Source of the DNA: the human T2T-CHM13v2.0 reference genome, Homo sapiens
DNA: 64,000 nucleotides
Assembly: GCF_009914755.1 (NCBI RefSeq)
Contig: NC_060940.1
Strand: one strand, 5' to 3'
A model generated the notes under the pieces. It made no database searches and was not told the origin of the DNA. It saw only the letters and a program-made list of their open reading frames with translations. The position numbers were made by a program, and so were the translations under genes. The stretch's first letter is position 1. Every line of letters begins with the position of its first letter. Shown here one piece after another: positions 45,727 to 64,000 of this stretch.

Positions 45727-47129
45727 ACACCTACCTTATTTGTAAAATAGGAATGATAACAACAATACCTACCTCCCAGGGTGTTTTCTTTGCTTCTTCA
45801 TTTGTTTGTTAGAACTAGATGAAATAATTTATAAAAAGCATGTAGCACACGGTGCTGGGCATAGTCGATGTTGGCTCTTTTTATTCACTTGGGATTCTCA
45901 GAGGAACAATTTGGTATCCTGGTAAAATGCAGGGTCTTTGGAATCCCAAAGTCTTGAGCTTAATTAAGTCCAACCTCAGGCACTCACAAGAAAGCTCTTG
46001 GGTGAACCATTTTCCTTTCAAAGCTTGGTCTTGACATTTGTAAAATGAAGCAGGATTTGTTAATAAGATTTGTTGCATGGGATCATTGAAAGGATTATGT
46101 GACACCAAGCCTGTAAAGCACCTGGACCAGGCATTTAGATGGAGGGTTGATAGTGATATTGCATTGGATAAACCAAGGTAGTCATAGGTAGCGGCTTGTA
46201 CTATGACTTTTCTACTGGAGCCATTTTTGGGGCATTGTTAGAGAATGAGGGATCTCCAGTATTTTCATTGAAGCTGGGAAGAAATTATTTCTGATCAAAG
46301 TCATGGCTAAAGATTTCTGGAGACACCCAGGACATTCCTGACAGGACCGTGTGGCAAGCTAGGATAGTTTGGGTTTTTAATATTTAGCTTTCTGTGGCCA
46401 GTCACTGGAGAGGTGAGAAGGCAGGGCTAGTTGACTGGCCATGGTAAGCTAAACCTTAAACACCCAAAGCATCAAAGTACCAAAAAACAAAGAAACGAAC
46501 AAACAAAACAACTAACCAAAAAACCTCTGTTACTAAAGAGAAGGAGCAGCCACTTTTCGGAAAAGAATGGAGACGGGGGAAAAGCCCTTGACACACTCTC
46601 TGCATCTGAGTAGTTCTCCCCTGTGGAACTGCAACATGAAGGCATGGACAAGAAGACAGGCTCTGGCACCAGGCAGCCTGGGCTTGAGTCTAGCTTTTAC
46701 CAGTTACCAGCTCTGTGACATTGAGCAGATTTCTTATCCCTCTTTTCCTCAATTTTCTCATCTTTAACAAGAGGTATACAGCGGACAAAGGAAAACTCTC
46801 CAAACATTCTATGTGTGCTCCTCTTTCATTTCCCAACCTCTCTTAAAGCTAAAGTGAGGCCATTAAACTCTAGTTCTGAACAATAAACTCCATGTGGAAG
46901 TGTTACAAGTCACTTCTGGCCTAGGGCATTTATTTAAGAGCAGGTATGAGTTTTCTGTACTCTCTTCCCCTGATTCAATGCTCCTGGAAACCATATATGG
47001 AGATAGTGACATCGTAAAATGGCAAAGTCTCTATCAGCCTTGTTCTCTGAGTGACTTCATGTAGCTAAATATCCTACCAACCTCAGCTTTTTGAACTTGC
47101 TATCGTCTGCTTATTATAGAAAACCTATG

Positions 47130-48040
47130 ATACATTCATTCATTCAGTGGATATTTAAGGAACATTTAGGCGTGCTTTAAACATGTAAGACAAGGTTGGT
47201 GCTCTCAAGAGGTTTACATGCCTATGATAGAAAGGCAAAAGCCAATAAGCAAAAAGTCAATTAAATAAGCAAGAGGATTTCAAATGGTGATACTGCCAAA
47301 AAGAAAACAGAACAGGGCAATATGATGGAGAGAGTGTGGGGAGGTGGCTAAGGATGTTCTCCCTTAAGAGGTGACATTTTGAGACCTGAAGGAGGAGAAG
47401 CAGCCAGCTAGGGAAAAAGAACTCCAGGCAAAAGCCACAGCAAGTGCAAAGCCTGAGGCTGACATTTTCAAGGCATAGGTGGGGGACTGGGATGGCAGAT
47501 TACTGAGTGAGAAGCATGATAAAGTGTGAGGTCAGAGACACAAGCAGGAGACATGCCATTAAGGATCTTTATGGACATAATAAGGAGTTTGGATTCTATT
47601 CTAAGTGCAATGGGTGGGTGCATGGAAGTCTCGTGAAGATTTTAGGAGGAAAGAGACATGATCCTATTAAGTAACTCATTTTCTTGGTGACTTGATTTTG
47701 AAATAAAGTAATACAGGAAAGTAAAACATTCAGAAAAAGAGGTCAGATTTGCATTTAGAAAGCCCACTCTGGCAGTTCTGTGGAGAAGATATTTTAAGGA
47801 GGCAAGAATGGATGTGGGGATGCCAGTCGGGAGGCTACTGCAATAGACTAAACAAGTAATGACGGTGGCTCAGACAAGAGTTATGGCACTGGAGATGGAG
47901 GTAAGCAGACGGATATGGGATAGATCTTTAAGACAACCTTAGGTGGACTTGTTGATGGTTTTGATAGGGAGTGAATAAAAAGAATCAAGGATGAATCTCA
48001 GCCTTTGACTTCTTCAATAATATAAATGGTAGGTCATAAT
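47130..48040 (-). mobile_element. L2 fragment
   Basis: (CATT)n L2 tail at left; tttggattctattctaagtgcaatggg motif. Confidence 0.7.
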
Positions 48041-48454
48041 TTATATATAAAAAATGCTGAAAAGATTATATAGCACATACAAAGTCACGGAGGCTACAGA
48101 AGGCAGGAATAGGACTTGAATCATGATTTTATTTAAGCTAGTTTTTCCTGCTTATAGGCTGTCTCTATCCTATCTGCCATGCTTCTCAATACTCTGGAAT
48201 TGATGACAATAGAAAATTCCAGTGTGGTTTTATTTTTGTTCAACCATGCCGTATAAATTGACCAATGACTTCCCCACTCATCTCAGATCCAGTATTGCAT
48301 GGACTTGTATACTGTGGAAGGAGTGATTTGAAATAATGTTCGGAAGACACTTGACAATGTCTACCATACAGCAAGTGCTTTTCAAAGGGTGGCTGTTACA
48401 AATTTTTAAAAAGAAACTTCAGAGCCAGATAGACCAAACTGGAATCTTTTTAAA

Positions 48455-50742
<2,288 letters not shown>

Positions 50743-51998
50743 AGAACTGGAATTATTGTCCTACCAGTTATTAATATTAGGCCACACAAATATTGATAGT
50801 TATTGCAATGCTCTTCTTCTATTTCTTCATCTGAAAATGAGAAAAAAATTGTAAAAGTTAAAAGAGATAATATATACAAACTACTTAGAACAGTGCCTGA
50901 CACTTAGCGAGAGTATTATTATTAGTATTATGTATTAGGACAGGGAAACGAAAAGATAGAAGAAATGACTACTTCTTAAGTACACATTGCTTAGTAAAAT
51001 TTATAAGCATAACTCCATTTACACATATATTAATGCTGCAAGCTTGATATTTTTATTTTCATTACAAAGATGAAGAAATTGAGACTCTCTGGGTTTAGGC
51101 AGCTATATAATATGGACTCAAATTTATTGAATGTTTGTTTCAGGCACTGTTTCCAGGCTTATATATGTATTAATCATGTAATCTAAAACCTTATGTGAAA
51201 GGTAGTATTATTACTACGTTTTTACTAATGAGAATATTGACATTCAAGATTTTTAGCTACTGCCCAGCCTCACGAAAGCCAGAAAATGATAGAATGAGCA
51301 CTTCAACTTAGATGCACCTGGATCTAAATTCTTAGCTTAGTCACCATGTTTAACTACTAGCACAAGTTCTTCCCAGGGCTAACTTAGAACTGAGAGAACA
51401 CACAGGCCCTTGTAAATCATACTTTGTTTTGATTTCTAGAGTCAACATGTCAGAATTCCAGGAAGTGTAAATGCTCTGAGGCAGAATACAACTTAGCTTA
51501 AATCTCGAATACTGATTCCAATCCAAAATGCTCTCCTACATTGTCCTGAGAACTCTTAATATGTCTTATTAAAGACAAAAAAAGAAGAGGCATATAAAAG
51601 ACATATTAAGAGTTCCCAAGACAATGTAGGAGAGTATAAAAGTATAGCCAAGTTATAAAACAGGATGACTTCATAAAAGAGGATGATTTTGGAGTATAAA
51701 AGTATAGAGTATGAAAGTATAGCCAACTAAAGCCAAGTTACCATAAAAGTATAGACAAGTTATCATAAAAGAGGATGATTTGGGAGTAGATTTTTCTAGG
51801 TAAGCTAAAATTCACATGCTCACAATGAGTATTGGTGGCACAGATAAATCAAATAATTCATAACTAGAATTTAATTGTAGGGCTTTCACTTCAAGTATCA
51901 TGATCTTCAAGTATCTTGAAGTGAAATGTACTATGTAGTATTTTCCATAGGATCAACCTTTTGATAGGTACCAACTATAAGCCCTGGACAAAATATAA

Positions 51999-52310
<312 letters not shown>

Positions 52311-52319
52311 ACAACTTCA

Positions 52320-56083
<3,764 letters not shown>

Positions 56084-57447
56084 GAATGGCGTCAACCCAG
56101 GAGGCGGAGCTTACAGTGAGCTGAGATGGCACCACTGCACTCCAGCCTGGGCACAGAGCGAGACACTATCTCAGAAAAAAAGAAAGAAAAAAATGATATT
56201 GCTTAACATAAGTTATGAAATTTATAAAATGATAATGAAAAATGAACACAAAGCTGAAATGGTTAACATAAAACACTCAATTAAATGTAAAACAAGCAGG
56301 TTAGATTATGTTTTCTGACTCAGAATTATTGCTATACCTATACATGGCAAAATATTTTGGTTTCTGCTGTAAAGTGTATGCAGTAAAGCCTAAGATATTT
56401 GCTATCTGAAAACCACTAGAAGAAAACTGCCCCTAACCCTGAAGCTAGAGGTCAACCTATTGAGTGCATTCATATCACAAATATACCACGGATACTAATT
56501 ATTTATAAGTCATTAAGAACAGGTGGTTTGTAAAATAAATAATCTTATATTTTTACATTGAATGAATACTCTAAGGTATTTTCTTAACCCACTTCCTTAT
56601 CCTTATACAGTTATTCACTTTCTCAAGAAGGGATGATATTTAAAAGCTTTTAAAATATATTCATAAATAAAGTCTCCTTCCTAGGAATTCAACTCCACAT
56701 TTCCCTTTTTAGCTAACTTCAGGGAACTCACCAGGAAATAAGTAGTTTGGCTTATAGCACAAGTCTTGGGAGTCTGGGGAATATACCTTTGAATCCTTTC
56801 AGTTCTTTGCCACTTACTGACTTTGTGACCCTTGAATAAGTTATCATGCACTGGGATTAATTTTAAGTGAGATGTCAGGCACATAATAAATGTTCAAGAA
56901 ACAGTAGTGGTTATCTGTAATACTATATATACACTCCACTTTATTCCCAATAATTCACTTTAGAAAGTACAAACTACCTTCTCTCTTTCATCTAATTAGG
57001 ACGTGCATGTTCTTTCTGCAATTAACTGGTACTTTAAATTCAGACTTATCTCCAGCCAGTGTTTAGGATGAGATAAACTAAGCATTGCCAAAGTAGTCTA
57101 GGCAAGGTTTGATGATGCTAGACCACTAGAATCCATAGAGTGGAGGGCTGGCTCTGCCACTCCCCAGCTATGGCCAAATCTCATATTCCACCAATGGGCA
57201 CAACCACATGGACCTTCCAGGGTTGCTTAAAACAGTAGTCTCTAGGCATTTTGGGTTGTATAATCTATCAATAAAAATATTTAGAATACACATCTTCCCA
57301 TCTGAGTGTAGCACTTACATTGTTCTACTGCACTAATATAGTATGCATACTATAAAACATAGATGAAAATGAGATAAAAGCATTAAAAGAATTGTATCTC
57401 AGTAATTTTTAATTTTATTAAATTATTAACATTATTTTAAAAATTAA

Positions 57448-57576
<129 letters not shown>

Positions 57577-57724
57577 TAAGTTTCTGTTCTCATTTCTTAG
57601 TCCCAGTGGATTGTCCCAAAACTCACTTTGGAGACCATTGGTTTAGAGGATTGAGTGAAATATTGCTCATGAAATGTGTTATAAGCTGTAAAGTGCTATT
57701 TAAGTGGTACATAATAATAATTTA

Positions 57725-58030
<306 letters not shown>

Positions 58031-58394
58031 TCAAATATTACATTAAAATGTTACATAATAATGGCCCACCATAATAATGTCTACTATATTCCAGACACTT
58101 ATTATTGTTATTCCCATTTTACAGATAAGGAAAAAAAGACACAGAGAGATCGAGGTCACAAAGCTAGTAAGTTGCAAGGCCAGGATTAGGCCCATCGTCT
58201 GTCAGACTCCGAAGCCAGTGCTCTAAAAATCTCTCAGGGATCAGAGTCTTGTACAATATCATTGGAGAATCAAGGCAGAGGTAACTGAAGGATGGATTGT
58301 AATGCTCCTCCTCACCCAGGCACAAAGCCCAAATCTTCCACCGTCCACAGAGTCTCACTTAAGGGATGGCGGTTCTGTTTAGTGTCCTTCCCAG

Positions 58395-58602
58395 GGATTG
58401 TCTTCATGCCAGGAACAATCCAGCTGACAGCAAAATATATCCTCTACCGGCTGCAAGCATCCAAGGCCAAGTGCATTGTGGCCAGTGAGGAGGTGGTCCC
58501 AGTAGTGGAGTCCATTGCACTGGAGTGTCCTGACTTTAAGACCAAACTCCTGGTGTCTCCACAAAGCCGGAACAGGTGGCTCAGTTTCCAGGAGTTATTT
58601 CA
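58395..58602 (+). pseudogene. Isolated ACSM-family exon, ACSM4-like (probable unprocessed pseudogene fragment)
   Basis: CCCAG acceptor, CA|GTGAGT donor, 208 nt, phase 1 to 2 as in ACSM1 exon 29172-29379; GIVFMPGTIQLTAKYILYRLQASKAKCIVASEEV...WLSFQELFQ. Confidence 0.85.
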
Positions 58603-59069
58603 GTGAGTATTTTTCCCAGCCAATCTACGCTGCCAGCAACAACACAAATTATTGCTACATCTTGGAATATCTTTGCCTCCAAGGACTCAGGAACACTGTG
58701 AGTTGATCTGGGCTCCTACTCGGAAAAGAATTACCTAATAACCAGATTTAAGGGCATAAGGAAGGGATGTAGTTCTGCCTCCATCCTCCTGCTTCCTAGT
58801 GGTCTATAATGAGTATCCTGCATTATATGGCTCTTGCTTAAATCTGAACCAACCACGTATCCCACCACTCTTCCTTTTCTTCCTCAAACATGCCCTATCT
58901 CAGGGCCTTTGCACCTGCTGTTTCTTCTGCCTGGAGTGCTCTTCCTATTCCTTTTCATGAGTGGTTCCTTCTTGTCAAATTTTGGCTCAAATATTTTATC
59001 CTAAGTGAACTTCTCCTTGACCACATTACCCCAGCCTCGCAAGTAGCTGGGATTACAGGCATGAGCCAC

Positions 59070-59250
59070 CACACCTGGCCCTGTTTTTGTAAATAAAGTT
59101 TTACTGGAATGCATCCACACTCATTTATTTACATGTTGTCTATGTAACAACAGCAGAGTGGAGTAGTTACAACAGAAACCTAGGCCCACAAAGCCTAAGA
59201 TATTTGCTATCTGGCCCTTTACAGAAAAAGTTTGCCAACTCCTGCCCTAA
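59070..59250 (+). mobile_element. MER58-like hAT remnant
   Basis: tttgtaaataaagttttactggaa...ctggccctttacagaaaaagtttgcc. Confidence 0.7.
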
Positions 59251-59502
59251 ACCGTAAGTTCTAAGAAAGCAGAGACTTTGATTGATCTTCCTATCCTCAG
59301 TTCCTAACACATAGATAGTGCTTAATATTTACTGAATGAATGAGCAAAAGAAATCACAACTACAGTTTTCTTCATATGTAAAATGAGGATAATTATACTG
59401 TACATATCTCTTGTTGTTTTGAGGATAAATTAAATGAATATGTGAGAAAGTGTTTCCTAAGATGTAAAAAAAAGAGTAAAATATTAATGGTATTATTCTT
59501 CA

Positions 59503-59846
<344 letters not shown>

Positions 59847-61888
59847 ACAAAAACCAGAGAAGTTTATAGAAAGAGATGACATGTAAACCCTGCTGAATAA
59901 TAGTTTTATTTGTTAGAATAAAATTTTCTCCCACTGATTAATATATACAAAATACTATTTGTCCAATCCCAAAATTCTTTCCCAAGGGCCACATCAGTGA
60001 ATATTGCTTGTGTCTTTTATAAGCTGTGTAACCTTGGATAAGTAACATTTGCTGAAACTCTGTATCTTATCCATACAATGGAGATAATGATAGTATCTAC
60101 CTCATGGGGTTGTAGGAGAATCAAATGTGATAAAACATGAAATTCTTAGCTGAATGCCTGGCATAGAGTAATCACTCCATAAATATTACAGTAATTATAA
60201 CTGCAATCATTATTATAATTTTCAAGTTAACAAAGTCATTCAACAGTAGTGATTCCTAAGGTAGTGGTATTTATATTATTTGAATATACATCTCCATTAG
60301 TAAAATACTTTTTAACATACCCCCCCATACATGTATTTATTTATTTATAAATTATATACATGTACTTTTGTGCATTATACGAATACCAAAAATAAAAATT
60401 TTAGAGGATGAGTAAAAAAATACAATTGTGCCACTGCACTCCAGCCTGGGTGACAGAATGGAACCCTGTCTAGAAAACACAAAACACATAATTTTCAATT
60501 CTTGTCTCTTCTCTATCCCAGTTGCCTTGCACACTTCCTGAGCAGCAAGCACTTCCACTTCAGAGACTCCTGTCCTAAACAACTTTGCAATATTCTGTAG
60601 AGTCCCCAAGAAACCTTAAAGGAGCCACAAAATTTACAAACGATAAAGGACTTTAATTAAACTCATGTGGATCTCAAATTGAAATGTGCATATTTTGGGG
60701 GTAGTTTTCAAGATGGAAAAAATCCTCATTTCAAACTTTGAAGTGCCATAACTCCAAAAAGGGCGCAGATTGTTTCTCTAAAAACTAGGGAAGGGAAAGC
60801 TGTCTCATTGCCAACAGTTGGCTAGTTTTTCAGAAGACTACACACGGCAATAATGTGGGCTAATTTTACACTGTTAGAGTTGATCTTCTATTCAAGGAGT
60901 TCATTTTAAGGCTTCTCACCCTCCTTCTGACTCTCAAGTGTATACGTTCATGAACACTTTCCAGAATATTCATAATGGATGAGGGAAAAGGTCAACATTA
61001 TAAGCCAGAATTATATTTCTCTTTTTCTGTCCTAGTACAGAAGACCCTGTCCAGGACTCTGGATTCTGATCTTGAGGGGGTCAAGATGGTGCTCCAGTTT
61101 CAGGAACAGCAAGAGCAAAGATATGGAGGCAAAAAAAAAAAACACCCTAAGGTGTGGAAGGAATAGACTACACACAGTTTGGGCTAGCTAGAGAACAAAA
61201 TATGGAGATAGAGTGAAGGCTGTAAGAGCAAACAGAGGCCAGATTATGGAAGATCTCATATGCCATGATAAATCTTAAATTGCCCCTGTAAACAAGGGAT
61301 GCCATTGATGGGTTTAAGAACAGAAGTTCCAGGGCCAGGTTTGGATTAAATTAAATTAAATAGATTTATCTGGCAGCTATGTAGAGGATTAGTTTGAGGA
61401 GGACCAAACTGGAATCAGACCATCTTGGAGCCTAATCTAGGAAAGAAATGACAAAAATCTAAACCTGAGCTCTGATGAATAGGATGGAGGGAAAGCAGCA
61501 AACTAAAGAACTAGCAGGACTTAGAGAATATTGGATGTGGAAGATGAAGGAAGAAAGAGTCAAGGTTGATCTGCTTTTTGACTTAGGTGATCAGTGGGTG
61601 GGTACCATCGGTTGGAGAGAGAGAGAGAGACAGTCGATGTTAGGATAATAAGTTTACAGTTGGACATACAAGATCGAAGGTTCTGTGAACATTCAAATGT
61701 CTAGCAGGTGGTGGATATATGAGTCTCAGGAACAAGAGGCAAAGATACAAATCTGGAAGTCATTAGTATATACTTAGCTCTGAAAACCTGGAAAGACATA
61801 ACTCAGAACTCAGGTATTCAAGGAAAGGAAGACAAGTTGGATAATGGAATCACTGCTTGTCACTCACAGATTGTGATGTCTTTTCTTT

Positions 61889-61987
61889 TAGATAGACAGA
61901 CAGATGGATAGACGAAAGATAGATAGATAGGTAGATAGATGGATGGATAGATGAAAGGTAAGTAGGTAAATAGATAGACAGATAGAT
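61889..61987. repeat. (GATA/GATG)n compound microsatellite
   Basis: Direct read. Confidence 0.9.
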
Positions 61988-62227
61988 GCCTCCTACCAAA
62001 AGATTTCCATACTGGATTGAGAAGTATTTAAATATGAGGGGTCTCCCTGCAAGGTATCAGATTCTGTGAAGAAATCCCCCTCTCTCTAGCCCAACACATA
62101 CCAATTTGACTCTATATTTGAATTGAAAAGAAAATCAATATAGCTGAATGAATGATCTTTTTCTATTTTAAGGGGAGGAAGGAAGTTACCAAGAAAACCA
62201 TGTTAATATTTTCTGAAACTATTTTCA

Positions 62228-62557
<330 letters not shown>

Positions 62558-62688
62558 TCACTGTTTTTACAGTTTCAATGACAATCTCATTCATCATCAA
62601 GATGAATTAAAACAGCATCCTTAACCCTGTTCCCTTCAACCAGAGAAATTAAGACTACGATACACCAGTTTCAAAAATCCTTAGATAT

Positions 62689-63843
62689 TGTATCAGTTAC
62701 CCATCACTGAGTAACAAACCATCCCAGCACTTAGTGGTGTAAACAGTAGTATTTTATTTGCTCATGATTCCATGGGTCAGAAATTCACACAGGGCTCAGC
62801 AGGGGCAGCTGGTTTCTGCTCCACATCAGCCTGACTGGGGCTCGAGTATCCAAGGCAGGTTCACCCTCAAGTCAGGCTGGCTGCCAGCTGAAGCACCTTG
62901 GTTTTCCTGTACATGGCCTCTCTCTCCAGCAGGACAGTCTAAACATCTTTATATGGTGGCTAAGTTACCCCCCAGGGAAAGTGAAATCTATGAACCTTCT
63001 TGAGGCCTAGGCTGAGAAGTTCCAGAACCTGTGCCACAGTGCATTAATCGAAGCAAGTCATGGGACCACCCCAGATTCAAAGAGAGAGGACATATGCTCT
63101 GCTCTCCAATGAAGCAATGGCATACAGGGGTGGTTTGTTACTCAGTGATGGGTAACTGATAACAATATCTAAGAATTTTTGTATAGGGATTGTTGGCAGA
63201 AAAGCTGGGGCAGGACTGGCTTGTCTGTCATAAAATAAAAGAGTCTTGGAAGATGTCTGGGGTCCAGGGTCTAAAACCCCTCGTGGCCTTTGGAACAGCA
63301 AGCTCTGTGCCAAAGGGTGGAAGACTGCCCTGCCACACCACAAATCTAAGCCCATGGCATAAAACTCCTCGTGGCTTGGATGGAACCCAGGGTTCAGGGC
63401 ATAAAACCCCTTGTGGCCCCTGGAATGTGCACAGACTTGTTGGTTGCTCTCCCAGGCTTATAAACATGCTCTCCATTATCGCAAGCAGCAGAGCATATTC
63501 TATATGCATCAAAGAAAATGCTAAACCATTACAGCTACACTTGATGCACTGCTACATTTCTACTCCCACATCCTCACACCCTCACCTGTTTACCCTCACG
63601 TCCTCACCACGTGCTTCTTTGTTTGATCACCAATAAATAGTGTGGGCTCCTAGAGCTCAGGGCCTTCGCAGCCTGCATACCAGCGTTGGCCCCCTGGACC
63701 CAACTTATGTACTCTTAACCTGTCTTTTCTCATTCCTTTGACTCCGCCGGACTTCGTAGCCCCCACGGCCTGGTATTGGGTCTGATCACCCCAACAGGGA
63801 TAAAAGGAATCATGGAGCTATCTTTGTAGACAATCTTACACAG
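62689..63843 (-). mobile_element. MaLR LTR (MLT1-type) split by later insertions
   Basis: tgtatcagttac...gtaacaaacc..cttagtgg terminus; remainder resumes after 63796. Confidence 0.65.
63191..63796 (+). mobile_element. Solo ERVK-class LTR, most like LTR22 (HML-5)
   Basis: TGTTGG...CCAACA termini, perfect 5-bp TSD GGGAT, AATAAA at 63632. Confidence 0.8.
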
Positions 63844-64000
63844 AGATTGTTATCAGTTAGAATGTCTTTGGATTTAGTAACCCAAATACAAGCGACTAAA
63901 ACAATACAAACAAGTTTATTATCTGACAAATGAAAATACACAGGTAAGGTGGACTGAAAGTTGGTGAATTCAGTGGTTCAATGAAATTAACAGGGACCCA

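Noticed and set aside
63190-63636. Similar ORFs in the two LTR22-like elements (also 9941-10300)
   Set aside because: Similarity reflects shared LTR DNA; non-ATG starts and no coding signature.

Overview
Primate (almost certainly human, 16p12 ACSM cluster) genomic DNA, mostly repeat-derived. The main gene is ACSM1 on the minus strand. Six coding exons (38109-37918, 32324-32114, 29379-29172, 18587-18447, 16902-16743, 8789-8710) splice in frame to 992 coding nt, with a candidate non-coding first exon ending at 44557; the gene continues off the left edge. One ACSM1 intron holds an 8.1-kb defective class I provirus (21020-29131; tRNA-Ile PBS, ERV3-like env, most like RRHERV-I/HERV15-LTR15) antisense to ACSM1, ending 40 nt from a splice donor. 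A lone ACSM4-like exon with intact frame and splice sites lies on the plus strand at 58395-58602. The rest is L1, Alu, MIR/L2, MaLR, MER4, LTR10-like and LTR22-like elements and microsatellites. I cannot demonstrate a new biological system. The best leads are a decayed hydrophobic Cys-rich micro-ORF abutting the env start codon, a 5' LTR configured for antisense read-through, the orphan ACSM4-like exon, gene conversion between two inverted L1s, an L1 3' transduction and a templated inverted insertion. Repeat family names are from recognition, not database searches, and repeat boundaries are approximate unless a TSD is given.
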